DNA from: Deltaproteobacteria bacterium | GTDB lineage: Bacteria; SAR324; NAC60-12 | Length of the DNA stretch: 64,000 bases | NCBI GenBank assembly: GCA_002683655.1 | Contig: NYTS01000078.1 | Location: 6,683 to 70,682, forward strand | Direction of reading: 5' to 3' | In this document: one piece after another, positions 1-9,355 of the stretch | How positions within the stretch are numbered: the stretch's first letter is position 1 | Layout of the letters: the number at the start of each line of letters is the position of its first letter | The notes under the pieces: model-generated | Databases searched by the model: none | Told to the model about the DNA's origin: nothing | The model's input: the letters and a program-made list of their open reading frames with translations, nothing else | Program-made: the position numbers and the translations under genes

Positions 1-15
1 GCATCCAGCAAAGCC

Positions 16-1941
16 ATGGTTGAAAAAACCACTCCAGCGCTAGAATTCTGGCAGAGACTGAATCGTAATCGATTGAGTACAGTAGGGCTACTGATGCTAG
101 GACTCATCTTTGCGCTTTGTCTAATAACTCCTTGGCTCCCCCTGCCTGATCCAGATGTTACCGATCTCGCAAATCGTCTCAAAACTCCCTTAACTTCAAA
201 TCATTGGCTTGGAACAGATGAGCTTGGAAGGGATCTTCTTTCAAGGCTGCTTTGGGGGACTCGAGTGAGCCTGGTGGTTGGGTTCGTGGCGACGCTTGCT
301 GCAGCATTGGTTGGCAGTTTGATTGGTCTGGTCGCCGGGTATTTTCAAGGCTGGATTGATAGTGGACTCATGAGAGGGGTGGATACTTTAATGGCATTTC
401 CTTATATGTTGCTGGCGCTGGCGATTGTGGCTGCCTTTGGCCCTGGACTCCTGAATGCCCTTTTTGCCATTGCGATAGTAAATGTACCCTTCTTCGCAAG
501 AACGGTTCGAGGAGCTACGATCTCGTTGGTACAGCAAGAATTTGTTCTGGCAGCAAGAATTGGAGGAGCAAGCCACTTTGGTGTACTGGGGCGTGAACTG
601 CTGCCCAACATCTTACCTGTGATTGTAGTCACAATTTCAACCACGGCTGGATGGATGATTCTGGAAACTGCTGGATTGAGTTTCTTAGGCTTGGGTGCTC
701 AGCCTCCCACTGCAGATCTTGGGTCCATGTTAGGTGAGGGAAGAAAGCTTCTCTTTACAGCCCCTCATGTTTCTACTCTTCCTGGGCTAGTAATCCTGAT
801 CCTAGTCATCTCCCTAAACCTGCTGGGAGATGGGGTCAGAGATGTTCTGGATCCACGCTTGCGAGGAGGAGCTTTACGCAGTCCACAACCAAGGACAGAA
901 GTCCTGAGTACTGAGCTGAGCTCAAGTCAGGTTAGATCTACGGGAAAATTGGTCGTACGCAATCTTACGACAGAATTACTTCAACAAGGACAAGCCAAGC
1001 CCCTCTTGAGGAATGTCGATTTTGAATTAAGGCCTGGAGAGTGTTTGGGGCTCGTTGGCGAGTCGGGTTGTGGGAAGTCTGTGACCGCATTATCTCTTGC
1101 GGCCCTGGCTGCATCCCCCCCTCTACAAATTACTTCAGGAACTGTAGAGTTGGATGGAGAGGATATTCTGCGCCTTCCTCTTAGACTACTTCAGGATATC
1201 AGAGGCAAACGAGTCTCCTATATCTTTCAGGATCCTCTCGCAACTCTAAATCCAGTGTTGACGATTGGTGAACAACTGATTCAGGTGATACGAAGACATC
1301 AGTCACTTACTTCAAAAGCAAGTTGTGCGGAAGCTTTGAGCCTGTTGTCCAAAGTAAGAATTCCTTCTCCTGAGACTAGGATGAAGGCTTATCCTCATCA
1401 GCTTTCTGGTGGAATGCGTCAGCGAGTTTGCATTGCAATTGCCTTGGCTAATCGTCCCGAAGTTTTGATTGCAGATGAGCCAACCACAGCTTTGGATGTA
1501 ACGATTCAGGCTGAAGTCCTGTCATTACTTAATGATTTGAGACAGACCACTCTTGAAAATAGCCAAACAGTACAAAGAACAGGTTTGTCAGTCCTTTTCA
1601 TTACTCACGATCTGGGTGTAGTCTCGACAATATGTGAAAAAGTTGCGGTGATGTACGCTGGTCAAATAGTTGAGTTTGGGGAGACACAATCAATTTTGGA
1701 ATCTCCTGAGCATCCATATACACAAGCCTTGTTAGCATGTACACTGCGACTTGGAGCAAATCATAAGGTGCTGGGGGGCATACCAGGAACACCTCCTCCT
1801 CCGGGTGGGTACCCTTCAGGATGTGGTTTTAATACCAGATGTAATTCAGCGACATCTATCTGCCAAGAGCCTGTCAATTTGATTCAACTACCCTCAGGCA
1901 GGCAAGTACGTTGTGTTCTCAAGCAGGATGCAAATGCCTGA
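16..1941 (+). CDS. Fused ABC transporter permease/ATP-binding protein: a DppC/OppC-like membrane domain fused to a DppD/OppD-like nucleotide-binding domain
   Basis: The N-terminal ~300 aa carry the binding-protein-dependent permease signature (…MAFPYMLLALAIVAAFGPG…, ending …GDGVRDVLDPRLR). A ~30 aa linker follows with no stop codon. The C-terminal ~310 aa carry Walker A GESGCGKS, the signature LSGGMRQR and Walker B LIADEPTTALD. The whole protein is one uninterrupted ORF. Confidence 0.75.
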   Translation: MVEKTTPALEFWQRLNRNRLSTVGLLMLGLIFALCLITPWLPLPDPDVTDLANRLKTPLTSNHWLGTDELGRDLLSRLLWGTRVSLVVGFVATLAAALVGSLIGLVAGYFQGWIDSGLMRGVDTLMAFPYMLLALAIVAAFGPGLLNALFAIAIVNVPFFARTVRGATISLVQQEFVLAARIGGASHFGVLGRELLPNILPVIVVTISTTAGWMILETAGLSFLGLGAQPPTADLGSMLGEGRKLLFTAPHVSTLPGLVILILVISLNLLGDGVRDVLDPRLRGGALRSPQPRTEVLSTELSSSQVRSTGKLVVRNLTTELLQQGQAKPLLRNVDFELRPGECLGLVGESGCGKSVTALSLAALAASPPLQITSGTVELDGEDILRLPLRLLQDIRGKRVSYIFQDPLATLNPVLTIGEQLIQVIRRHQSLTSKASCAEALSLLSKVRIPSPETRMKAYPHQLSGGMRQRVCIAIALANRPEVLIADEPTTALDVTIQAEVLSLLNDLRQTTLENSQTVQRTGLSVLFITHDLGVVSTICEKVAVMYAGQIVEFGETQSILESPEHPYTQALLACTLRLGANHKVLGGIPGTPPPPGGYPSGCGFNTRCNSATSICQEPVNLIQLPSGRQVRCVLKQDANA

Positions 1942-2905
1942 GCATCTTTTGCAATTTGATCGCGTTACGAAAGAGTTTGACCTGCGCAAGAACTGGTTTG
2001 GCAAAACGTCGAAGAGATTTCGGGCGGTTAATGAGGTGACGTGGCAGGTCGAGCCAGGAACAGCTCTGGGAATCGTGGGAGAGTCAGGTTGTGGTAAGTC
2101 AACAATGGCACGCATGGCAGTTGGACTTGAGTTGCCCACTTCTGGAGAGATCCGCTTCGCAGAAAAAACGTTGGGCAAGTGGTTGAAGGAAGAAGCCATG
2201 ATGCTACGACGATCTGTGCAGATGGTTTTTCAGGATCCTTCAGCGTCCCTGAATCCAAGACAACGCATCCGAGAAATTCTGGAACTGCAACTTCAACAGT
2301 TGACAGATTTCAGGGCAGAGCAGCGAATGCAGCGAATGGAAGAGGTTTTGGAACAAGTACAACTTCCCTTGGCAACGCTTGAACGATATCCTCATGAATT
2401 TTCTGGTGGACAGGCCCAAAGAATCAGCATTGCTCGTGCTCTGATTTCAAAGCCAAAACTCTTGTTGCTTGATGAACCAGTTTCTGCGTTGGATGTTTCT
2501 GTCCAAGCACAAATTCTCTTGTTGCTGGAAGAGATGCGAAAGGAGTTGGGGGTTACCTACGTTTTCATCAGTCATGATCTGGCCGTCGTCGAACAGCTTT
2601 GTCCAAGAGTATTGGTCATGTACGCCGGTTCGATTGTTGAAAGTGGTCCAACCAACCAGCTTTTTCAGCAACGTAGACACCACTACACGGATTTGCTGAT
2701 CAGAAGTGTTCCCATGCCTGGAAAATCTCTGGAATTGAAAAGAGAGGAGATGGCGGATTTGAAAAATCCTCAAGGCTGTGCTTTCCGTAATCGCTGCCCG
2801 AAAGCTAATCACCAATGTTCACAAGATCCAATATTGAAAGAAGTTTCGGGCTCCATTGGAGGACATGATTGTGCTTGCCACGATCCATTAAGTGTTGCGG
2901 CGTGA
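1934..2905 (+). CDS. Oligopeptide/dipeptide ABC transporter ATP-binding protein, DppF/OppF-like
   Basis: Walker A GESGCGKST, signature FSGGQAQR and Walker B LLLDEPVSALD are present. The C-terminal oligopeptide-transporter extension has the Cys motif (CAFRNRCP…C). The likely ATG at 1934 overlaps the upstream stop by 8 nt; the longer ORF would start at 1913. Confidence 0.8.
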   Translation: MPEHLLQFDRVTKEFDLRKNWFGKTSKRFRAVNEVTWQVEPGTALGIVGESGCGKSTMARMAVGLELPTSGEIRFAEKTLGKWLKEEAMMLRRSVQMVFQDPSASLNPRQRIREILELQLQQLTDFRAEQRMQRMEEVLEQVQLPLATLERYPHEFSGGQAQRISIARALISKPKLLLLDEPVSALDVSVQAQILLLLEEMRKELGVTYVFISHDLAVVEQLCPRVLVMYAGSIVESGPTNQLFQQRRHHYTDLLIRSVPMPGKSLELKREEMADLKNPQGCAFRNRCPKANHQCSQDPILKEVSGSIGGHDCACHDPLSVAA

Positions 2906-3948
2906 AGAATTCAAATACATTACTCGTTGAGACCCTGAGAGGTCTGACCAGTATCCCAAGCCCCAGTGGACAAACAGAGTAAATTGTTGGCTGGACACTG
3001 GAACTACTTCAGTCGTGGGGCTTTACAACTGAACTAACATGTCGAGGAGCAATCAAGCTCAAAATACCAGGTAAAGACTCTAGTCAAGCACGTGCTTTGA
3101 CAACTCACCTGGATACGCTAGGAGCGATGGTGCGGTATTTTCAAGACAATAGCCGATGTGCACTGGCTCCTGTTGGAGCTTGGTCGAGCCGCTTCGCAGA
3201 GGGCGCCAGAGTGACCCTCAACACCGATGAACATGAATATCGAGGGACTATTTTACCACTCTTGGCTTCAGGCCATGCTTACAATGAAAGAGTCGATCAG
3301 CAACCTGTCAACTGGGAACAAGTAGAGCTGCGAATCGATGAGTACTGCAATAGTTTTCAGGAATTGGAAAATCTAGGTGTTCAACTAGGTGATTTCGTCT
3401 CCATTGATACAGGCACCGAGGTTTTAGAAAATTGGTACATCTTCTCAAGGCATTTGGATGACAAAGCCGGAGTGGCAGCTCTACTGAATGCTCTAAGATT
3501 GATTCAAGAGGAGGGTCATCAACTTCCTTGTACAACGTATCTGATTTTGACAGTGTGCGAAGAAATTGGAGATAGAGGATCCGCAGTTCTTTCCCAGTAC
3601 GTCTGGGAACTGGTAACAATTGACAATGGAGTTCAGGCTGGCACTCAGCATTCCAGGGAGTTTGGAGTAACTTAGCGATGGGGGACAAGACGGGGGCCAT
3701 TTGATCTAAGACTTGTCTTACATCTCGACCGACTTTGCAAAGAGAACCAACTGTCTCATCAGCGAGATTTATTCAAACACTATCGTTCTGACCTAGCAGC
3801 AGCAGTATAAGCAGGTTTTGACCTTTGAACTGCTCTGATTGTGATCGGATTGGATGGAAGTCATGGTCATGAACGGACTCATCTTGATGCAATTCGTACT
3901 GCTTCTGAACTCGCACACCTTTACTTACTTTCCTCACTTCTGGACTAG
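2902..3948 (+). pseudogene. M42 family (FrvX/glutamyl aminopeptidase-like) peptidase, disrupted
   Basis: A GTG at 2902 overlaps the dppF stop. The N-terminus NTLLVETLRGLTSIPSPSGQTE runs into an in-frame TAA at 2980-2982. The same frame then continues (IVGWTLELLQSWGFTTELTC… HLDDKAGVAALL… CEEIGDRGSA) to 3675. A C-terminal remnant (TALIVIGLDGSHGHERTHLDAIRTASELAHLYLL) lies in a different frame at 3828-3948. Confidence 0.6.
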
Positions 3949-3954
3949 AATAGA

Positions 3955-5184
3955 ATGCTCAAAATCAATGGAGCCCGTCTCTGGGATAGCTTGATGGAAA
4001 TGGCAAAAATTGGGGCGACTCCAGAAGGGGGGGTCTCCAGGGTGGCAGTCAGTGAAGAGGATCGGCTTGGTCGAAATTTGCTCAGAAAGTGGGTAACCCC
4101 TCTTGTAGAGGATTTTCACTTTGATGAAGTGGGTAACATGTTTTTCGTTCGTCATGGTCTGCAACCAGAATCTCCAATGATCTTGACAGGAAGCCATCTA
4201 GATACACAAATACATGGCGGTCGATTTGACGGTGCTTTTGGCGTGATGGCTGGCTTGGAAGTCCTAAGAACTCTAGCCGAAGACGATATCCGGTTGCCGT
4301 ATGGAATTGGCTTAGTAGCCTGGACAAATGAGGAGGAAGCCCGTTACTGCCCTGCCATGGGCTCGGCAGTTTTTGTTGGCAAGCAAAACCTGCAATCAGC
4401 ATTGGATTGTGTTGGACTCAACGGGAAGGTCTTTAGTGAGGAACTGAAGAAAATTGGTTATCTTGGCAGACCACTAGAATTAAATATTTCAGCTTACTTG
4501 GAGGCCCATATTGAGCAAGGGCCAGTACTTGAGAATGAAAAGATTCAAATTGGCGTAGTCTTTGGCGCACAGGGTCAAATCGCTATGAATGCTGAAATTA
4601 TTGGAGAGGCTGGCCACTCGGGAACTGTTCCTATGAGATTACGCAAAGACGCCTTGGTTTGTGCGATTGATGTCATCAATTCCTGTCGAGATCTTGTCAT
4701 CGAGGAGGGAAGGGGGGTCTTTACAGTTGGAGCCTTCAAACTTGAGCCGAATTCAAGGACCACAATCCCAGATAAAATTTCTTTTGGGATTGATTTGCGT
4801 CACCCAGACGCAGATTCACTCAAAAATTTGCAGAATTTGATAAACAAGAAAATTAAAGAGAAGGCGGCAGAACATTGCTGTCAGGAAAGAATCGAAGTCC
4901 TGTTTCACAAAGAACCGGTTGTCTTTACCGATTCATGTGTCAAAAGCGTTCAATCTGCTAGTGATCAACTGGGATATACCTCTCTTGCGATGCCATCAGG
5001 TGCGTTCCATGATGCATGTCTACTAGCTAGCCAGGTCCCCACTGGAATGATTTTTGTGCCAAGTCAAAAAGGAGTCAGCCATAATCCCTCAGAGTATTCC
5101 TCCCCCGAACAGCTAGAAAAAGGAGCGAATGTGTTGCTTCACGCTTTGCTGAATTTGGCTGAAAAGGGAGTTCCTTTGTCATGA
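3955..5184 (+). CDS. M20-family Zn-dependent amidohydrolase (N-carbamoyl-L-amino acid hydrolase / allantoate amidohydrolase type)
   Basis: 409 aa. Matching motifs include GSHLDTQIHGGRFDGAFGVMAGLEVLRTL, WTNEEEARY, EAHIEQGPVLE and the C-terminal GAFHDA…VPTGMIFVPS…VSHNP typical of the AmaB/AllC group. Confidence 0.8.
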   Translation: MLKINGARLWDSLMEMAKIGATPEGGVSRVAVSEEDRLGRNLLRKWVTPLVEDFHFDEVGNMFFVRHGLQPESPMILTGSHLDTQIHGGRFDGAFGVMAGLEVLRTLAEDDIRLPYGIGLVAWTNEEEARYCPAMGSAVFVGKQNLQSALDCVGLNGKVFSEELKKIGYLGRPLELNISAYLEAHIEQGPVLENEKIQIGVVFGAQGQIAMNAEIIGEAGHSGTVPMRLRKDALVCAIDVINSCRDLVIEEGRGVFTVGAFKLEPNSRTTIPDKISFGIDLRHPDADSLKNLQNLINKKIKEKAAEHCCQERIEVLFHKEPVVFTDSCVKSVQSASDQLGYTSLAMPSGAFHDACLLASQVPTGMIFVPSQKGVSHNPSEYSSPEQLEKGANVLLHALLNLAEKGVPLS

Positions 5185-5941
5185 CAGCAGAGGTGCCGAA
5201 GAGTATCCGTAAGAGATCCGATTTAGTTGCTGACCAAATCAAGGAGGCTATCATTAGTAAAAAGTTACCTCCTGGTGAAAGGCTCTCTGATGAAAAAGAT
5301 TTTTGAAGACTTATCGAGTCAGCAAGGGGACAATGCGGGAAGCCCTGAAATCACTGGAGGTGCGAGGACTCGTCAACATCAAAACCGGTCCTGGGGGTGG
5401 GGCCTCTGTTGCGAGGGTCAGTGCTGAAAAAACGAATGAGCTATTGTGGAATTGCTTTTTTTCAAGAAACGTGTCCCTAGAAAATATTTATGCTGTCCGC
5501 AAACTCGTAGAACCTGAACTAGCAGCAAGTGTAGCAGAGCATCTTGATGAAGCAGACCTGCAACTAATGGAACAATCGGTTGGCCACTGTTCTCTCCAGG
5601 GATTTCAGGGTAATGATCGAGCGCAGCGTATTCAGGAATTAGATTTCCATTTGGTGATGGCAGATTCCTGTCCGAATCCTGTGTTGGCTTTTTTTACAAA
5701 ATTCATTCTCAGTCTACTGGCACGCATCATTATTCATGAGGAACTAAACCCCGATCCAGACACCAGCGCTCAACATAGCCAACAAGGCCTTGACTACCAT
5801 CAAGCTTTGCTACTGGCTTTTAGAGAACGTAACCCTCAGAAAGCTCGACAAGTGATGATCGAGCATATGGAATCAGCAGAATCCTTCATGTTGAATATCA
5901 ACCGTCCAAAGACTTCCAAGCTTATCCACTCTCACCACTAA
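5181..5941 (+). pseudogene. GntR-family (FadR/FCD subfamily) transcriptional regulator with an apparent frameshift in the HTH region
   Basis: Helix 1 (MTAEVPKSIRKRSDLVADQIKEAIISKKLPPGERLSDEKDF) is in frame 0 and ends at a TGA. The rest of the wHTH (LKTYRVSKGTMREALKSLEVRGLV) and the FCD domain continue in another frame from 5303. The junction lies in an A5/T5 homopolymer (gaaaaagattttt). This may be a sequencing error rather than true decay. Confidence 0.5.
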
Positions 5942-6106
5942 AATTTACTTCTTCAGCTATTTCAGCTGAATTGTCCCTGCTGATATTAATTTTAATTCCT
6001 TCAAAATCTAAGATCTTCGACTGAAAACCAGCAATATTTACATACAATTGCTACCTTTGATGGACCAGTTGATAGGACAAAATGTCTTAATCCCTCTGGA
6101 GAGATA

Positions 6107-7309
6107 ATGGCTGAGGAAACTGGAAAGTTTAATCAAGAAACTACTGAAAATGATCCAACAAAATCTGAGATAGCGGAAGGCTCTGACCCCCTGACTCAAA
6201 GATTGAACTCTAATGATGATGCGGGTGTTTCTTCTGAAGTCTTGGAAGACCCATCAACACTGAAAATTTGGGATGCTTCCTCTATTCCATTCGAGTTCAC
6301 AGGGAAAGCCAAAGAATTTTTTGGCATCTGGCTCTCAAATCTTTTGCTTAGTATTCTTACTCTAGGGATCTACTCAGCCTGGGCCAAAGTTCGTAGACGT
6401 AGATTTTTCTTGGGTCATACCCTTATTGGAGGTCATCGCTTTGATTATCACGCTGATCCAAAAGTAATTTTAAAAGGTAGAGCTGTCGTGGTATCGGTGC
6501 TGGTTGTGTTGAGTCTTGTTTCCAAATTGAGCCCCGTTTTGAGTGGAACTTCTTTAGTTTTACTGATGCTTGCTCTTCCCTGGTTGGCTAACCGAAGCCT
6601 TCGATTCAACGCTAGGATGACGAGCTTTCGTAATATTCGCTTTGATTTCATCGGAGCTTACGGAAAATCTCTGTTGGCTTTCGTGCTCCTCCCACTGCTT
6701 GGGTTACTAAGCTTCGGTCTCCTGCAACCTTTTGCGACAAGGTATTCTGGACGTTACCTAGCTGCGAATTACTCATACGGGGAAGCAAAACTAGAGTCAG
6801 ATCCTCAGTTGGAGAGGTTGTACAAAGGATTCTTTCAGGCTTTTTCGATAATTTCGCTGCCCGTTGTTGTCCTGTTGGGCATCATGGCCCAGCACGATTG
6901 GGAACTTGAACGCCTTATATTGATCCCGGATGATGGAGCAACAGGTTGGTTCATTGATTTTAGCCCATTTGCTTTGATCATCACTTTCTATCTGGCATTT
7001 TTTCATTATCGTGCTGTTGTTCGTAACTCAATCCTAGGAAGTCTTTCAATATCCAGTATCCATCAACTGAAATCTGAAATTTCAGGATTTCGTTTAGCCT
7101 GGATTGTTTTGAGCAATACGTTTCTCACTTTGATTTCACTCGGTTTACTTCAGCCTTGGGGGGCTGTTCGCCGCTGGCGCTATGAAACTGAGAGTTTACA
7201 GCTGATTCCTGGGGGATCACTTGATGAGTTCATCGGGAAAATCCAGCCTGCCGAAGGTGTAATTGGATCAGAATATACAGATCTTCAAGACATTGATGTA
7301 AGCGTATAA
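6107..7309 (+). CDS. DUF898 (YjgN-like) inner-membrane protein with an acidic N-terminal extension
   Basis: The hallmark F-G-x-A-x-E-(Y)F-x-I-W-x-x-N-L-L-L-x-x-L-T-L-G-I-Y-S-x-W-A-K-V-R-x-R-R-(Y)F motif is present (…KEFFGIWLSNLLLSILTLGIYSAWAKVRRRRFFLGHT…), followed by multiple TM segments. Confidence 0.7.
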   Translation: MAEETGKFNQETTENDPTKSEIAEGSDPLTQRLNSNDDAGVSSEVLEDPSTLKIWDASSIPFEFTGKAKEFFGIWLSNLLLSILTLGIYSAWAKVRRRRFFLGHTLIGGHRFDYHADPKVILKGRAVVVSVLVVLSLVSKLSPVLSGTSLVLLMLALPWLANRSLRFNARMTSFRNIRFDFIGAYGKSLLAFVLLPLLGLLSFGLLQPFATRYSGRYLAANYSYGEAKLESDPQLERLYKGFFQAFSIISLPVVVLLGIMAQHDWELERLILIPDDGATGWFIDFSPFALIITFYLAFFHYRAVVRNSILGSLSISSIHQLKSEISGFRLAWIVLSNTFLTLISLGLLQPWGAVRRWRYETESLQLIPGGSLDEFIGKIQPAEGVIGSEYTDLQDIDVSV

Positions 7310-7321
7310 AGTCGTTAGCCA

Positions 7322-8341
7322 ATGGAAATATCAGGAAAGCTCTACTTATCAGGTCAGTCCAAATCCTTACCAGCAGTATTACTGTGGTGTAATGGAGGCT
7401 TCCAAATGAGGTCAAATTCTACGGAGATCAACCTGGAAGTGCGCAGAGATGAAATGGTTATTCAAGCTCCTTTGGGAAGTCTCCCCTATAAGATACTCTT
7501 TGCTGACGGACACCTCTTTGAAGCACAGAACAACCAAGAAACGAAGGAGTTTTTGGAGTTTTGCGAGAAACCGAATGCTGAAAGCTGGCTCAGCTATCTA
7601 GAACAAAGAAAGACAGTCATTTTTGTCGGAATCATGATTCTGGCTGGCTTGGTGATTTCAGTTCCAAGATACGGCTTACCCTGGATAGGGGATCAGGTAG
7701 CGAATTGGATTCCCCACAGCTGGTTGATGATGGCAGGTGATGAGACCCTAGAAATTCTTGACGAAAGCTTCTTTTCTCCCTCTGAACTGGCACTTCAGGA
7801 TCAGGATAAACTCAGAAAAGAATTTAACCACATGGCTAGTCTGGTTCTGAAAGATCAAACTGCGAAACTAATTTTTCGTCATAGTGAAGAGATTGGCCCA
7901 AATGCTTTTGCTCTACCAGGCGGTGTGGTAGTTTTGACGGATGAACTAGTGGAAATCGCAGAGGATCAGGGGGGGGTAATCGGTGTATTGGCTCATGAAT
8001 TAGGTCATGTTCAATTGAAACATCCAGCGCGAAGATTGGTTCGCTCGTTGATGGCTTTAGCTGTGGTTAGTTTGATTTTTGACGATGCAGCAACCTTTGC
8101 CGAGGAATTAGCAGCAATCTCTGGATCTCTAATCAGTCTTGCCTATACCCGTGAGTTTGAGGAAGAGGCAGACCGAGCCGGTAAAGAAATCCTGATCAGA
8201 GCCGATTTGTCCCCAATCCCGCTCGCCAATCTCCTGCAAAAGTTAAGTAATGGCTGCAAAGAAAATTGCAGCCAATTACCGGAATGGCTCAAAACACATC
8301 CATCAGTGCCCTCCAGGATTGAATTTCTGTTGAGTGAGTGA
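7322..8341 (+). CDS. M48-family zinc metallopeptidase with an N-terminal membrane/extra domain
   Basis: A HExxH motif (LAHELGHVQLKH) sits in an M48-like context and a downstream EEEADRAG supplies the third-ligand Glu. The N-terminal region has a TM segment (VIFVGIMILAGLVISV). Confidence 0.7.
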   Translation: MEISGKLYLSGQSKSLPAVLLWCNGGFQMRSNSTEINLEVRRDEMVIQAPLGSLPYKILFADGHLFEAQNNQETKEFLEFCEKPNAESWLSYLEQRKTVIFVGIMILAGLVISVPRYGLPWIGDQVANWIPHSWLMMAGDETLEILDESFFSPSELALQDQDKLRKEFNHMASLVLKDQTAKLIFRHSEEIGPNAFALPGGVVVLTDELVEIAEDQGGVIGVLAHELGHVQLKHPARRLVRSLMALAVVSLIFDDAATFAEELAAISGSLISLAYTREFEEEADRAGKEILIRADLSPIPLANLLQKLSNGCKENCSQLPEWLKTHPSVPSRIEFLLSE

Positions 8342-8385
8342 CTCCAAAAGAATCATTAACTGGGCTACTGTAAGAGCGCTTTGAT

Positions 8386-9204
8386 CTAATGAAATGGTGG
8401 ATGAGGAGGTGTGGAAGGCCAGGGATACTTCATCCCCAGAAGTTGTTGCATCTCAGGTGTAGTGCCTTTCAGATAATTCTCATCTAAATCCGTCATCAAG
8501 TCTTCAATTGGCGTGACAAACTTTGGCAAGAACTCCACTAGAATTCCAATACGACCTGCTTCACTATGATTAGGCATGGCACAATGCCAAGCAGCTCCAA
8601 AGAACAAAACTACGTCCCCTGGTTTCCCAGTCAAACGGATACATTTCCCAAAAAAATCATCACTCTTTTCTGGATAACGCAAATCTTTCTGAGAACCTGG
8701 CGCCAGAGCGGTTGCGCCATTTTCTTCAGTAAATTCATCAATCAAGATGATTGCCTGTGCGTTCAGTGGAAAAGAGGCGTTGGTGCGGGTCGGGAAGGTT
8801 TCGTTACGATAAAAATCCCAGTATGGGTAATCGATATGCGGCTCCTGTCCTCGGTAGCCAGGCATGATTCTGGATGCACACATGCTTCCCATCAGAAATT
8901 CCTTGCCTAGAAAAGCCTGTATAGACTGAAAAATCATCGGTTCTTCTACCAAACTTGCGATCTCAGGATCCAACTCGACAAGCCGAGTAAACCAGACTCT
9001 ACGTTGGAGCAGAGGATCCTGATCATTCTGGTTGAAGTGGGAACCTGTATCAATCGCTTCATCAGTTTCTGCTTCAAGCGTTTGGGCGATTCGCTTTATG
9101 CGTTCCTGAGAGAAAACATCTTTCAGCATGATCGCCCCAGCGCCATCTATTAATTCTTCCACAACAATCGATGTTTTGAATTCATCACGAGTAATGGTCT
9201 TCAT
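8386..9204 (-). CDS. Phytanoyl-CoA dioxygenase (PhyH) family Fe(II)/2-oxoglutarate-dependent oxygenase
   Basis: An H-x-D facial triad candidate (EPHIDYPYW), a distal His (AAWHCAMPNHS) and the overall PhyH length and pattern are present. Confidence 0.65.
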   Translation of the reverse strand: MKTITRDEFKTSIVVEELIDGAGAIMLKDVFSQERIKRIAQTLEAETDEAIDTGSHFNQNDQDPLLQRRVWFTRLVELDPEIASLVEEPMIFQSIQAFLGKEFLMGSMCASRIMPGYRGQEPHIDYPYWDFYRNETFPTRTNASFPLNAQAIILIDEFTEENGATALAPGSQKDLRYPEKSDDFFGKCIRLTGKPGDVVLFFGAAWHCAMPNHSEAGRIGILVEFLPKFVTPIEDLMTDLDENYLKGTTPEMQQLLGMKYPWPSTPPHPPFH

Positions 9205-9355
9205 AACTTTCTTTTACCAGTATTTGGAAAGGCAAAAAAGAATGTTCATATTGGGTTCTATCACAGCGATTTGCTAGAGTTCTGAATTGTAAAGCAATCA
9301 CTCAACAAAACATGATCCCAAATTGATTTTTTGCAAGGGTGTGGTGTTCCTGAAA

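Noticed and set aside
388-644. Antisense ORFs (388-576, 402-644 and others) inside the fused dppC/D gene; similar antisense ORFs occur inside most large CDSs
   Set aside because: They are fully contained in a gene with strong homology on the other strand. This is the typical shadow-ORF pattern.
2980-2982. In-frame TAA (M42 gene) and in-frame TAG at 56525-56527 (PhyH gene) as possible stop-codon recoding
   Set aside because: Both genes also carry frameshifts, and every other gene in the window terminates normally at TAA, TAG or TGA. The only recoding machinery present (selA) concerns TGA, not TAA or TAG. Pseudogene or consensus error is the simpler explanation.
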